Assembly: GCA_026391695.1 (NCBI GenBank)
Contig: JAPLDP010000089.1
Span: 5,042 to 69,041 of the forward strand
From: Bacteroidota bacterium
GTDB lineage: Bacteria; Bacteroidota; Bacteroidia; Bacteroidales; JAGONC01
Length of the DNA: 64,000 nucleotides
Reading direction: 5' to 3'
Shown: piece after piece, positions 37,783-46,163 of the stretch
How the letters are laid out: every line of letters begins with the position of its first letter
Numbering within the stretch: position 1 is the stretch's first letter
Position numbers and translations under genes: made by a program
Notes under the pieces: model-generated
Told to the model about the DNA's origin: nothing
Database searches by the model: none
The model's input: only the letters and a program-made list of their open reading frames with translations

Positions 37783-39079
37783 CCTGACCTGGTTTTTCGT
37801 TTATGTGGTTAAACGGAAAATAAAGATCGAACCGGCTGCCCTTTCCAATTTCACTTTTCAGGTCAACGCGGCCTCCATGGGCTTCCACCATCGTCTTCAC
37901 ATAATATAATCCAAGACCGAAGCCTTTTACGTCATGAATGTTCCCTGTAGGTACCCGGTAGAACCGCTTGAAAATATTTTTCTGGTTCTCAGCCATGATA
38001 CCAATCCCCTTGTCTTCAACAGATATTAAAATACCATTATTGACGTTACATGTCGATATCGAAATATATGGCGATTCCGGAGAATACTTGTTCGCATTAT
38101 CAATGACATTGTTTATGATATTGATGAAATGGATGCGGTCAGCCATGAGGACGTATTTGGAGGCCTCCAGGTCCATTCTGATCTTACCTTTCCGTTCCTT
38201 CATCACCAGGCAGAGATTCTTGACAATGCTTTGTATCGTTTTATGAACGTCTATCTCTCTGAACTTTAACTTAAAATCACTCTTGTCAAGAACGGCAATG
38301 TTCAGAACCTGCTCCACCTGGTTTTTTAGACGCAGGTTCTCATCAAAAATGACATGAGCATACCTCCTGGTTTTGTCAGGATACTGAATCACTTCAGGCT
38401 TTAAAAGCATTTCACTGGCCAGCGAGATCGTTGATATCGGGGTTTTAAATTCATGTGTCATGTTATTCACAAAATCCGATTTCATCTGCGATAATTTCTT
38501 CTGCCTGAATAACGAAAAAATCGAAAAAGAAAAGGCAAAAACTAATATAATCAGGAAAACGATCGATAAAATTAACCAGGGAATAATTCTGCTGAGAATC
38601 AATCCACGCTGGTTGAAAAAATAAATCCCAAGTAAATAATTACCTCCTTTGCACACACAGGCCAGAGATACCACATGAGATGTGCTGATGATTTCATCAG
38701 TATAATTCTCATATGTTCCCATGATGAAATTACCCGTTGAATACTGAAACACGCCATAGACATAATCCTTACCAATCATCATTGTACAGAATTCATCCTT
38801 GATCAGGGAATCCAGTAATGGGGCGTCGACAACATCATATATATTTGCACGTCCGGGGAAACAGGCAGGGAGATCTGAATTGATGTTGGCTTGCTCCGTT
38901 ATCTGCTTATGGCTGAGAAGCTGGGCGACAACACTTTTCAATGAAATGATCACCCGGCTGTTAAATTGTTCCTCCTTCAGCTTATAGGCATTGTCAATCC
39001 AGAACAACTGCGTGATGATCACTCCAATAAGGGAAACAGAAGCAACAAGTATAATGACCAGTATTGTTCTCTTTTTCAT
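37772..39079 (-). CDS. Sensor histidine kinase (2 TM, extracytoplasmic sensor, HisKA + HATPase_c, no HAMP)
   Basis: H-box MTHEFKTP, N-box IDNANKYS, G1 DKGIGI, G2 GFGLGL. Two TM segments flank a ~140-aa domain. Overlaps the RR gene by 11 nt. Confidence 0.9.
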   Translation of the reverse strand: MKKRTILVIILVASVSLIGVIITQLFWIDNAYKLKEEQFNSRVIISLKSVVAQLLSHKQITEQANINSDLPACFPGRANIYDVVDAPLLDSLIKDEFCTMMIGKDYVYGVFQYSTGNFIMGTYENYTDEIISTSHVVSLACVCKGGNYLLGIYFFNQRGLILSRIIPWLILSIVFLIILVFAFSFSIFSLFRQKKLSQMKSDFVNNMTHEFKTPISTISLASEMLLKPEVIQYPDKTRRYAHVIFDENLRLKNQVEQVLNIAVLDKSDFKLKFREIDVHKTIQSIVKNLCLVMKERKGKIRMDLEASKYVLMADRIHFINIINNVIDNANKYSPESPYISISTCNVNNGILISVEDKGIGIMAENQKNIFKRFYRVPTGNIHDVKGFGLGLYYVKTMVEAHGGRVDLKSEIGKGSRFDLYFPFNHINEKPGQDEE

Positions 39080-39178
39080 GCACCAAAATTACGGCTAATG
39101 ATCAGTGAATAAGAGTTATTTAACAAATTTTTAACAGTATTTAACGCTTTATTAACACAGGTGTATTCAAACCTTTGC

Positions 39179-39186
39179 TAAGTTTG
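39179..39186 (+). promoter_or_regulatory. Candidate -7 box TAAGTTTG for the Cys-rich protein gene
   Basis: Lies 48 nt upstream of the ATG at 39235, in the divergent spacer shared with the HK gene. Confidence 0.4.
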
Positions 39187-39234
39187 CTCCGTAAAAAACG
39201 AAAACTTATTTATTAACCTTAAAATATAGTCACA

Positions 39235-39573
39235 ATGAAAAAACTTTTGATCAGTTTAACCTTAGCCGCCTTCTTGACATCAGGAATAGTTGGTGTATAC
39301 AAGGCAGAAGCTCAGTCAACACCTCAGAAACCCAAGACTGAAAAGATTCAGACTGAAAAGGATGCAAAACAGGTAACAAATCAACAGGCACCCGCTGCTC
39401 CCCAGGGAACAGCCACCCCAACAACAAACGATGCTATCAAAACCTCCACTGGCGTAAAAGGTTGCCCGATGCAGAAAAGCTGCGAACCAAAAGCTGGTTG
39501 CTGCCCAAAAACTAAAAGCTGTTGTCCAAAAGATAAAACCGGTTGTGTATCGAAAAATCCTGGCAAGAAATAA
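39235..39573 (+). CDS. Secreted low-complexity protein with a Cys-rich C-terminal tail
   Basis: Signal peptide MKKLLISLTLAAFLTSGIVGVYKAEA|Q, then a Q/P/T/K-rich linker. The tail GCPMQKSCEPKAGCCPKTKSCCPKDKTGC has 7 Cys and a tandem CCPKxKx unit. The gene is flanked by its own -7 box and a canonical terminator. Confidence 0.7.
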   Translation: MKKLLISLTLAAFLTSGIVGVYKAEAQSTPQKPKTEKIQTEKDAKQVTNQQAPAAPQGTATPTTNDAIKTSTGVKGCPMQKSCEPKAGCCPKTKSCCPKDKTGCVSKNPGKK

Positions 39574-39597
39574 TAAGCATTTCATATAACTTTTTAT

Positions 39598-39628
39598 ACC
39601 CCGGCATTCACCGGGGTTTTTTATTTTT
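39598..39628 (+). terminator. Rho-independent terminator (accccgg-cattca-ccggggt + ttttttattttt)
   Basis: 7-bp GC-rich stem, 6-nt loop and a T-tract, 24 nt after the stop at 39573. Confidence 0.8.
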
Positions 39629-39629
39629 G
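39622..39629 (+). promoter_or_regulatory. Candidate -7 box TATTTTTG for the osmC operon
   Basis: Lies 29 nt upstream of the ATG at 39659 and overlaps the T-tract of the preceding terminator. Confidence 0.35.
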
Positions 39630-39658
39630 TAAATCAAACTCTATGAAATATTTCTGAA

Positions 39659-40063
39659 ATGATCACAGTTGAGACTATTTACGAAGGAAATTTAAGGACA
39701 AGGGCTAAACATACCCTGTCGGGTGAGATAATAATTACCGACGCTCCTGTTGACAACCAGGGCAAAGGCGAAGCATTTTCACCAACAGACTTGCTGGCTG
39801 CTGCACTTGGCAGTTGTATGCTGACCATTATCGGCATTGCTGCCAGCAGATATAACTTCTCCATTGACGGAACACAAATTTCCATTACAAAAATTATGGC
39901 CACAAATCCCAGAAGAGTCGGCGAAGTCATCATTGATTTCCATTTCCCGGATAACGGCTATTCCGAAAAAAATAAAACCATCATCAGGAATGCTGCTTTA
40001 AAATGTCCTGTTTCCCTGAGCCTTCATCCTGATGTCAGGCAAACTATAAATTTTAATTTTTGA
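39659..40063 (+). CDS. OsmC family peroxiredoxin-like protein
   Basis: GKGEAFSPTDLLAAALGSCM and KCPVS motifs of OsmC/Ohr. 134 aa. Confidence 0.8.
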   Translation: MITVETIYEGNLRTRAKHTLSGEIIITDAPVDNQGKGEAFSPTDLLAAALGSCMLTIIGIAASRYNFSIDGTQISITKIMATNPRRVGEVIIDFHFPDNGYSEKNKTIIRNAALKCPVSLSLHPDVRQTINFNF

Positions 40064-40452
40064 CAGCCATGGAATTACATATTCCACTTGGTGCCAAAAG
40101 AAAACAGCACGTTACTGTCAGGATGAAGGATACTGCATTCCGCTATGGATCAGGGCTTGTTGACGTCTACGCTACACCGGCAATGATCGCATTAATGGAA
40201 AATACTGCCCAGCTAAGTGTGAAACCCTATCTCCCCGAGGGTCATATAACCGTCGGAACAGCCATCGATATCAGGCATCATAAAGCAACTCCCGTTGGTA
40301 TGAAAGTAACCTGTGAATCGGTACTAACGGCGGTGGAAGGGAAAAAACTAACTTTCAGCGTCACCGCCTGGGATGAGAAAGGGCTTATCGGATCCGGAAG
40401 CCATTCACGATATATTGTTAATACTGAAGAATTTCTCAACAGACTCAGATGA
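40060..40452 (+). CDS. Hotdog-fold thioesterase (FlK/COG5496-like)
   Basis: 130 aa. VDVYATPAMIALMENTA...GTAIDIRHHKATPVGMKV pattern. ATGA overlaps on both sides. Confidence 0.6.
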   Translation: MTAMELHIPLGAKRKQHVTVRMKDTAFRYGSGLVDVYATPAMIALMENTAQLSVKPYLPEGHITVGTAIDIRHHKATPVGMKVTCESVLTAVEGKKLTFSVTAWDEKGLIGSGSHSRYIVNTEEFLNRLR

Positions 40453-41624
40453 CTTCAATACAGGCCTATAAAATGATCGCCAAAACTTTCGCCGGACTCG
40501 AACCGGTTCTGGCTGCCGAACTAAAAGAACTCGGAGCAGAAAATATTGAAATCCTCTCCCGCGCTGTCAGCTTTTCCGGCGACAAAGCATTAATGTACAA
40601 GTCAAATCTTTGGTGCAGGACAGCTCTCCATATCCTGCAACCCATCGCTTCTTTCCCGGTTATGGATGACCGGCAATTATATGATAAGATCAGTGATATA
40701 CCCTGGTGGGAGTATTTCGGTCTGCAACAAACATTCAGCATCGACGCAGTTTTAAGCCAGTCAAATATCAGCCACTCACAGTACGCAGTGCAAAAGACAA
40801 AAGATGCTATCGTCGATCAATTCCGGAAAAAATATGATCAGCGTCCCAGTGTAAGTAAAGATGATCCTGATATGTATATCAGCATTCATATCAGCAGGAA
40901 TTTTTGCACAGTGTCACTGGATAGTTCAGGTGAATCCCTATATAAAAGGGGATATCGAAACAGGGGCTGGCTGGCACCTGTTAATGAAGCGCTGGCTGCA
41001 GGTCTGATACTTCTTAGCGGATGGAATAAAAACACCTGCTTTCTTGATCCTATGTGCGGCTCGGGAACAATACCCATCGAAGCCGCTCTTATCGCACTTA
41101 ATATACCGCCAGGTGCGTTTCGTAAAAATTTTGGATTTGAAAAATGGAAGGATTTTGATCCTGCTCTCTGGACCACAGTTAAAAAGGAATCCGAACTGCT
41201 CCGTACACCAATCACTCATACCATCATCGGCTCGGATATTTCCGGGCTGATGATTAGGCTGGCATCACAGAATATTAAAAGTGCAGGGCTGGAGCAGGTT
41301 ATCAAACTTGAAAACAAAGATTTTGAATCGTTTACCCCTCCATGTGAAAATGGCATGATGATTACCAATCCCCCCTATGGCGGACGTATTGGCGTGGATG
41401 ATATTACTTCCTTATACAAACGATTCGGAGATACATTAAAAAGATCATTTGCCGGATTCACAGCATGGGTGATCAGCGCTGATAAAAATGCCATGAAATC
41501 CATTGGACTCAAGCCGTCAAAAAAATACACCGTATATAACGGTCCGCTTGAGTGTATTTTCGCTAAATTTGAACTCTATAAAGGAAGTAAAAAAGTAAAT
41601 AATCAGTCACATGGCCAGGATTAA
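40449..41624 (+). CDS. THUMP-domain class I SAM-dependent RNA methyltransferase (RlmL/YpsC-like)
   Basis: N-terminal THUMP-like half, DPMCGSGTIPIEAA, and the catalytic NPPYG motif. Confidence 0.8.
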   Translation: MTSIQAYKMIAKTFAGLEPVLAAELKELGAENIEILSRAVSFSGDKALMYKSNLWCRTALHILQPIASFPVMDDRQLYDKISDIPWWEYFGLQQTFSIDAVLSQSNISHSQYAVQKTKDAIVDQFRKKYDQRPSVSKDDPDMYISIHISRNFCTVSLDSSGESLYKRGYRNRGWLAPVNEALAAGLILLSGWNKNTCFLDPMCGSGTIPIEAALIALNIPPGAFRKNFGFEKWKDFDPALWTTVKKESELLRTPITHTIIGSDISGLMIRLASQNIKSAGLEQVIKLENKDFESFTPPCENGMMITNPPYGGRIGVDDITSLYKRFGDTLKRSFAGFTAWVISADKNAMKSIGLKPSKKYTVYNGPLECIFAKFELYKGSKKVNNQSHGQD

Positions 41625-42591
41625 TAAAATCGGAATATTGTCTTCTGGGGGTGATGCACCAGGAATGAATGCAGCTATCAGAGCCACAGTGAGGCATGCC
41701 CTGTTCAATAATATTGAAGTTGTCGGAATTTACCGGGGATACGAAGGACTCATTGATAAACAGTTTCAGACTCTAAACCGTAATTCGGTTTCCAATATTA
41801 TCCATCTAGGCGGCACTATCCTGAAAACTGCACGCAGTGAGAGATTCATGACTGAAGAGGGCATGGATAAAGCCTATCAGAACCTTGTTGATGCAAAGAT
41901 CGACGCACTGGTGGCCATCGGTGGTGATGGCACCTTCAGGGGTGCTAACATTCTCGGATCAAAGTATGAATATCCGATTGTCGGATTACCTGGCACCATT
42001 GATAATGATCTATTTGGTACCGATTTCACCATCGGCCATGATACCGCTGTCAACACCGTCATACAGGCTGTGGATAAAATCAGGGATACCGCTACTTCAC
42101 ATAACAGGCTTTTCTTTGTTGAGGTAATGGGGCGTGACTCTGGATTCATCGCCCTGCGCAGCGGACTGGCTTCGGGAGCAGAATTTATCCTTGTACCGGA
42201 AACCAAGACATACATCGATTACATGGTACGGATGTTGAAAAACGACTGGAAAAAAAATAAAACCTCCGGAATCATCATTGTGGCCGAAGGTGATGATGCA
42301 GGTGGAGCCTATGGTGTCGCAAAACAGATAGAAGAAAAGTTTCCGGAATTTGAAACGCGTGTCACTATCCTCGGCCATATCCAGCGGGGAGGATCCCCTA
42401 CTGCCAATGACCGCATCCTCTCCACCCTGCTCGGATATGAGGCAGTCATTGCTTTACTCGCCGGAGAAAGCGGCATCATGATTGGTATGATCGATAAAAA
42501 AATCGTCCTCACACCATTATCTCAGGCCGTCAAACAGCATCCCGAGCTTGACCATCACCTGCTTGAAATCGCCAGGATAGTATCGTTGTAA
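41611..42591 (+). CDS. pfkA: ATP-dependent 6-phosphofructokinase
   Basis: SGGDAPGMNAAIR, IGGDGTFRGA, PGTIDND and MGRDSG motifs. Overlaps the upstream gene by 14 nt. Confidence 0.92.
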   Translation: MARINKIGILSSGGDAPGMNAAIRATVRHALFNNIEVVGIYRGYEGLIDKQFQTLNRNSVSNIIHLGGTILKTARSERFMTEEGMDKAYQNLVDAKIDALVAIGGDGTFRGANILGSKYEYPIVGLPGTIDNDLFGTDFTIGHDTAVNTVIQAVDKIRDTATSHNRLFFVEVMGRDSGFIALRSGLASGAEFILVPETKTYIDYMVRMLKNDWKKNKTSGIIIVAEGDDAGGAYGVAKQIEEKFPEFETRVTILGHIQRGGSPTANDRILSTLLGYEAVIALLAGESGIMIGMIDKKIVLTPLSQAVKQHPELDHHLLEIARIVSL

Positions 42592-42622
42592 ATAATCTTC
42601 ACCCTTTGCGAAAAGGAATGCT

Positions 42623-45103
42623 ATGTTTGTTGATGTCATTCTGCCATTGCCGGTGCCGGGACTGTTCACGTACAGTGTTCCACCTGAATTAGATGATCAG
42701 GTTGAATCCGGTAAAAGGGTTGTCGTTCAGTTTGGCAAACATAAGATTTACTCCGGATTGATACACACAGTGCATTCGGTACCACCAAAAGACATCCATC
42801 CAAAAGAAATTCTTTCAGTACCCGACAGTATACCACTGGTGAATCCTATCCAGATCGCATTCTGGGAGTGGATGGCATCCTATTACATGTCAACACTCGG
42901 TGAAGTGATGACTGCCAGCCTGCCCTCAGCTCTCAAACTGTCCAGTGAATCTAAAATCGTCATCAACCCCTCATTCACCGGCGATATTTCCCTCCTGAAT
43001 GAAAAGGAATACCTCGTCGCACTGGCACTTCAGAACCAGGAGGAACTCACCATCACAGATGTCTCAATGATTGTCCGGCAGGGGAAGGTTATTCCGCTTA
43101 TAAAAAATCTTATTGAAAAACAGGTCATCAGTATCAGAGAAGAGCTGGTGGAACAGTACAGGCCGAAAATAGAGAACTTTGTCAGGCTTACAGATAAATT
43201 CAGAGATGACACCGCACTGAATAAGCTATTTGATGAGCTGAATAAAAGGGCCTTTAAACAGCTGGAATTACTGGTCTCCTATATTAAACTTTCTTCCGGG
43301 GGGAGGGCGGGATTTGATGATATCCGGCGTATCGACTTGCTAAAAAGCGTCAAAGCTTCTGCTTCCCAGTTAGACTCCCTCATTAAGAAAAAAATTTTCG
43401 AGACTATCGAAAAAAAAACCAGCAGGCTCGGTGAATTCCAATCCAACCTCACCGCTGATACTATCACACTCACTGACCATCAGCGTAAAGCCTTTGATCA
43501 GATTAAAGAGACCTTCCGGCATAAAGATATCGTTCTGTTACACGGTATCACATCCAGTGGTAAAACCGAGATGTATATCAAGCTCATCCAGGAGTACCTC
43601 GATGCAGGTAAACAGGTGCTGTATCTCCTTCCTGAAATTACGCTGACAACCCAGATTATCAGCAGGCTGCGAAAGTATTTCGGCAGCAAAATCGGTGTGT
43701 ACCATTCACGTTACAATGAAAACGAAAGGGTGGAAATATGGAATGCGGTAGTGAAAAACTGCCTTTCAAAGCCTGTAAATCAAAATCACCAGGTCATTCT
43801 CGGAGCCCGGTCGGCATTATTCCTTCCTTATGACAACCTCGGGTTGGTGATCATCGATGAAGAGCATGATACATCCTATAAGCAACAGGACCCTGCACCA
43901 CGTTACCAGGCTAGGGATTCTGCCCTCTACCTGGCACGGCTTCATGGTGCCAAAACCTTGCTGGGCTCAGCAACCCCATCTGTCGAAAGCTATCATAATG
44001 CCCTGAGTGAGAAATACGGCCTCGTTGAACTGACTGAACGGTATGGAGGTATACAGCTTCCCGAAATCAGCGTGGTAGATATCAAAGCTGAAACACGGCG
44101 TAAACAGATGCAGTCCATCTTCTCCCAATTCCTGCTCGATCACATCCATCATGCTTTGCTCAACCATGAACAGGCTATTCTTTTCCAGAACAGACGCGGA
44201 TTCTCCCTCAGGATAGAATGCGATACCTGTAACTGGGTGCCACAATGTAAAAACTGCGACGTCACACTCATCTATCATAAGAAAAGTAACCACCTCCGCT
44301 GCCATTATTGCGGTTATACGATGTATGTGCCGGGCAAATGTCCGCTATGCAAAAATACCCGTCTGATCATGCAGGGATTCGGCACCGAGAAGGTGGAAGA
44401 AGAACTTGCGGTTTTCTTTCCCGATGCCGCTATCACCCGTATGGACCTTGATACAACAAAAACAAGGTACGCTCACCAGCGCATCATCAATGACCTGGAA
44501 GCCAGAAAGATCGACATTCTGGTCGGCACACAGATGGTCACCAAGGGACTAGACTTCGACAATGTCAACATGGTGTGCATACTCAATGCCGATAATATGC
44601 TTACTTTTCCTGATTTCAGGGCTCATGAACGGAGTTTCCAGATGATGGCACAGGTCAGCGGAAGATCAGGCAGGAAAAATAAACGCGGCAAGGTCATCAT
44701 CCAGACTGCCAATCCGCAACACCCGGTGATAAAAGATGTTGTCGAGAACGATTACCTCTCCATGTACAACCGGGAGATCATGCAGCGGCAAAAATTCAAG
44801 TACCCGCCCTTTTACAGGCTGGTGCTGGTAAAACTTCAGCATCGCGACCTGAATCTGCTCAATAAGGCTGCTGAAGTACTGGCCGCCCAACTCAGGCAAC
44901 GCTTTCCAAAACGGATACTGGGACCGGAATATCCGCTCATATCAAGAATCAAGAACCTTTACATCAAACAGGTCATGATAAAAATCGAACGGACTGAGTC
45001 AGCTTCAGCTATGAAAACAGAGATCAGTAAATTAATTGATAAATTTCAGACTGCACTGGAATATAAACCTGTCAGGGTGATTATCAATGTCGACCCCATT
45101 TAA
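42623..45103 (+). CDS. priA: Primosomal protein N' (replication restart helicase PriA)
   Basis: Walker A GITSSGKTE, DEEHD, and the zinc-binding Cys cluster CDTCNWVPQCKNC...CHYCG...CPLC. Confidence 0.92.
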   Translation: MFVDVILPLPVPGLFTYSVPPELDDQVESGKRVVVQFGKHKIYSGLIHTVHSVPPKDIHPKEILSVPDSIPLVNPIQIAFWEWMASYYMSTLGEVMTASLPSALKLSSESKIVINPSFTGDISLLNEKEYLVALALQNQEELTITDVSMIVRQGKVIPLIKNLIEKQVISIREELVEQYRPKIENFVRLTDKFRDDTALNKLFDELNKRAFKQLELLVSYIKLSSGGRAGFDDIRRIDLLKSVKASASQLDSLIKKKIFETIEKKTSRLGEFQSNLTADTITLTDHQRKAFDQIKETFRHKDIVLLHGITSSGKTEMYIKLIQEYLDAGKQVLYLLPEITLTTQIISRLRKYFGSKIGVYHSRYNENERVEIWNAVVKNCLSKPVNQNHQVILGARSALFLPYDNLGLVIIDEEHDTSYKQQDPAPRYQARDSALYLARLHGAKTLLGSATPSVESYHNALSEKYGLVELTERYGGIQLPEISVVDIKAETRRKQMQSIFSQFLLDHIHHALLNHEQAILFQNRRGFSLRIECDTCNWVPQCKNCDVTLIYHKKSNHLRCHYCGYTMYVPGKCPLCKNTRLIMQGFGTEKVEEELAVFFPDAAITRMDLDTTKTRYAHQRIINDLEARKIDILVGTQMVTKGLDFDNVNMVCILNADNMLTFPDFRAHERSFQMMAQVSGRSGRKNKRGKVIIQTANPQHPVIKDVVENDYLSMYNREIMQRQKFKYPPFYRLVLVKLQHRDLNLLNKAAEVLAAQLRQRFPKRILGPEYPLISRIKNLYIKQVMIKIERTESASAMKTEISKLIDKFQTALEYKPVRVIINVDPI

Positions 45104-45107
45104 TAAA

Positions 45108-45127
45108 CCCAGGAATAAATTCCTGGG
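45108..45127 (+). terminator. Hairpin cccaggaa-taaa-ttcctggg, 4 nt after the priA stop
   Basis: Perfect 8-bp stem and a 4-nt loop, read directly. No strong T-tract. Confidence 0.5.
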
Positions 45128-45182
45128 CCAGTTATTTGGACTAATTATCATAACCACCAATCTGAGCCAATCATTATCACAT

Positions 45183-45216
45183 TGACTAATTAACTAATTG
45201 ACTAACTGACTAATTA
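45183..45216. repeat. Tandem octamers: tgactaat taactaat tgactaac tgactaat (ta)
   Basis: Read directly. It lies between the convergent priA and ftsB-like genes and carries stop codons in all six frames. Confidence 0.8.
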
Positions 45217-45220
45217 CCCT

Positions 45221-45517
45221 TTACTCCTCCTCCTCCACCATAATAAACACATCCTCACTATCCTTCTTCATCAGATACTTCTCCCTGGCAAACTTTTCTA
45301 TGTCTCCAGTGTCAGTTTGAAGATCAATGGTTTCCTTCTTGTTCTTTTCAATCTCCTGAAGATAGTATATCTTTTGTTGCTGCAAAGCCCTGAGTTTTTT
45401 CCTTGCCTCTATGCGGGATAAAATATTGTTATTATCGAAGAATATTAGCCATACCAGGAAGGCCACAGTGACAAGGAAGAATTTATTTTTTAGTATTTTT
45501 AGGAGGATTTTGAACAT
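45221..45517 (-). CDS. FtsB/DivIC-like septum formation initiator
   Basis: MFKILLKILKNKFFLVTVAFLVWLIFF is a single TM, followed by a coiled-coil region (RKKLRALQQQKIYYLQEIEKNKKE). The ORF-track GTG start at 45538 overlaps the -7 box, so I use the ATG at 45517. Confidence 0.65.
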   Translation of the reverse strand: MFKILLKILKNKFFLVTVAFLVWLIFFDNNNILSRIEARKKLRALQQQKIYYLQEIEKNKKETIDLQTDTGDIEKFAREKYLMKKDSEDVFIMVEEEE

Positions 45518-45537
45518 CGCTGACGATTTGATCAGCA

Positions 45538-45545
45538 CAAATTTA
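45538..45545 (-). promoter_or_regulatory. Candidate -7 box TAAATTTG for the ftsB-like gene
   Basis: The plus strand reads caaattta. It lies 20 nt upstream of the ATG at 45517. Confidence 0.4.
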
Positions 45546-45602
45546 AATCAATAATAAAGAGATTTTATCCGAAACGATTTTAAAAATCAACAATGTTTTA
45601 GT

Positions 45603-46163
45603 TTATAACCCCAACCTCTCGCTTATACCTTTCATCGCTTCTAAACTCACAGCAACAAACTCCTCCAGCGTCAATCCGATCGTCTCACATTCATAAATCT
45701 TTTCCCTGTTCACCGATGCCGCAAATGCCTTCTCCTTCACGCGCTTGGTCACAGAACTTACCTTTACACTAGCCAGCTTTTTATCAGGATAAACAAGCGC
45801 TGTGGCAACAATCAATCCGGTGATCGTCTCTCCTGCTGCCAGTGCATACTGGAATTGTGTAGTGCGTTCGATGCCTGTAGCCATCTCGTTATGAAGTTTT
45901 ATGGCCTCGACAATATCAGGATCAACATTAAGCCCTGTCAGTATCCTTGCCGTCTCAAGCCCGTGACGCAAAGGATCGGCATTTACAACCTCTACATCCA
46001 GGTCATGCAATAATCCGGCAAGACCCCACTTTTCTTCATCTTGGTTTAGTCGCACAGCTAAAGCCCGCAACACCGCTTCGGAAGCATAACAATGGTTCAG
46101 CATTCGCTCATTTTTAATGTATTGCCTGAGCAATTCATTGGCTTGTTCTCTATTCATTATCAT
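45603..46163 (-). CDS. HD/HDIG-domain metal-dependent phosphohydrolase
   Basis: H...HD signature (NHCYASEAV ... GLLHDLD). 186 aa. Overlaps the GNAT gene by 14 nt. Confidence 0.7.
   Translation of the reverse strand: MIMNREQANELLRQYIKNERMLNHCYASEAVLRALAVRLNQDEEKWGLAGLLHDLDVEVVNADPLRHGLETARILTGLNVDPDIVEAIKLHNEMATGIERTTQFQYALAAGETITGLIVATALVYPDKKLASVKVSSVTKRVKEKAFAASVNREKIYECETIGLTLEEFVAVSLEAMKGISERLGL

Noticed and set aside
39084-39091. TAATTTTG-type box (plus strand caaaatta) upstream of the histidine kinase
   Set aside because: It ends only 4 nt from the HK start codon, too close to serve as its -7 element, and no alternative downstream start exists. It is probably a chance match.
39316-39585. 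89-aa and 61-aa minus-strand ORFs overlapping the Cys-rich protein gene
   Set aside because: The plus-strand ORF has a signal peptide, a -7 box upstream and a canonical terminator downstream in the plus orientation. The minus ORFs have none of these.
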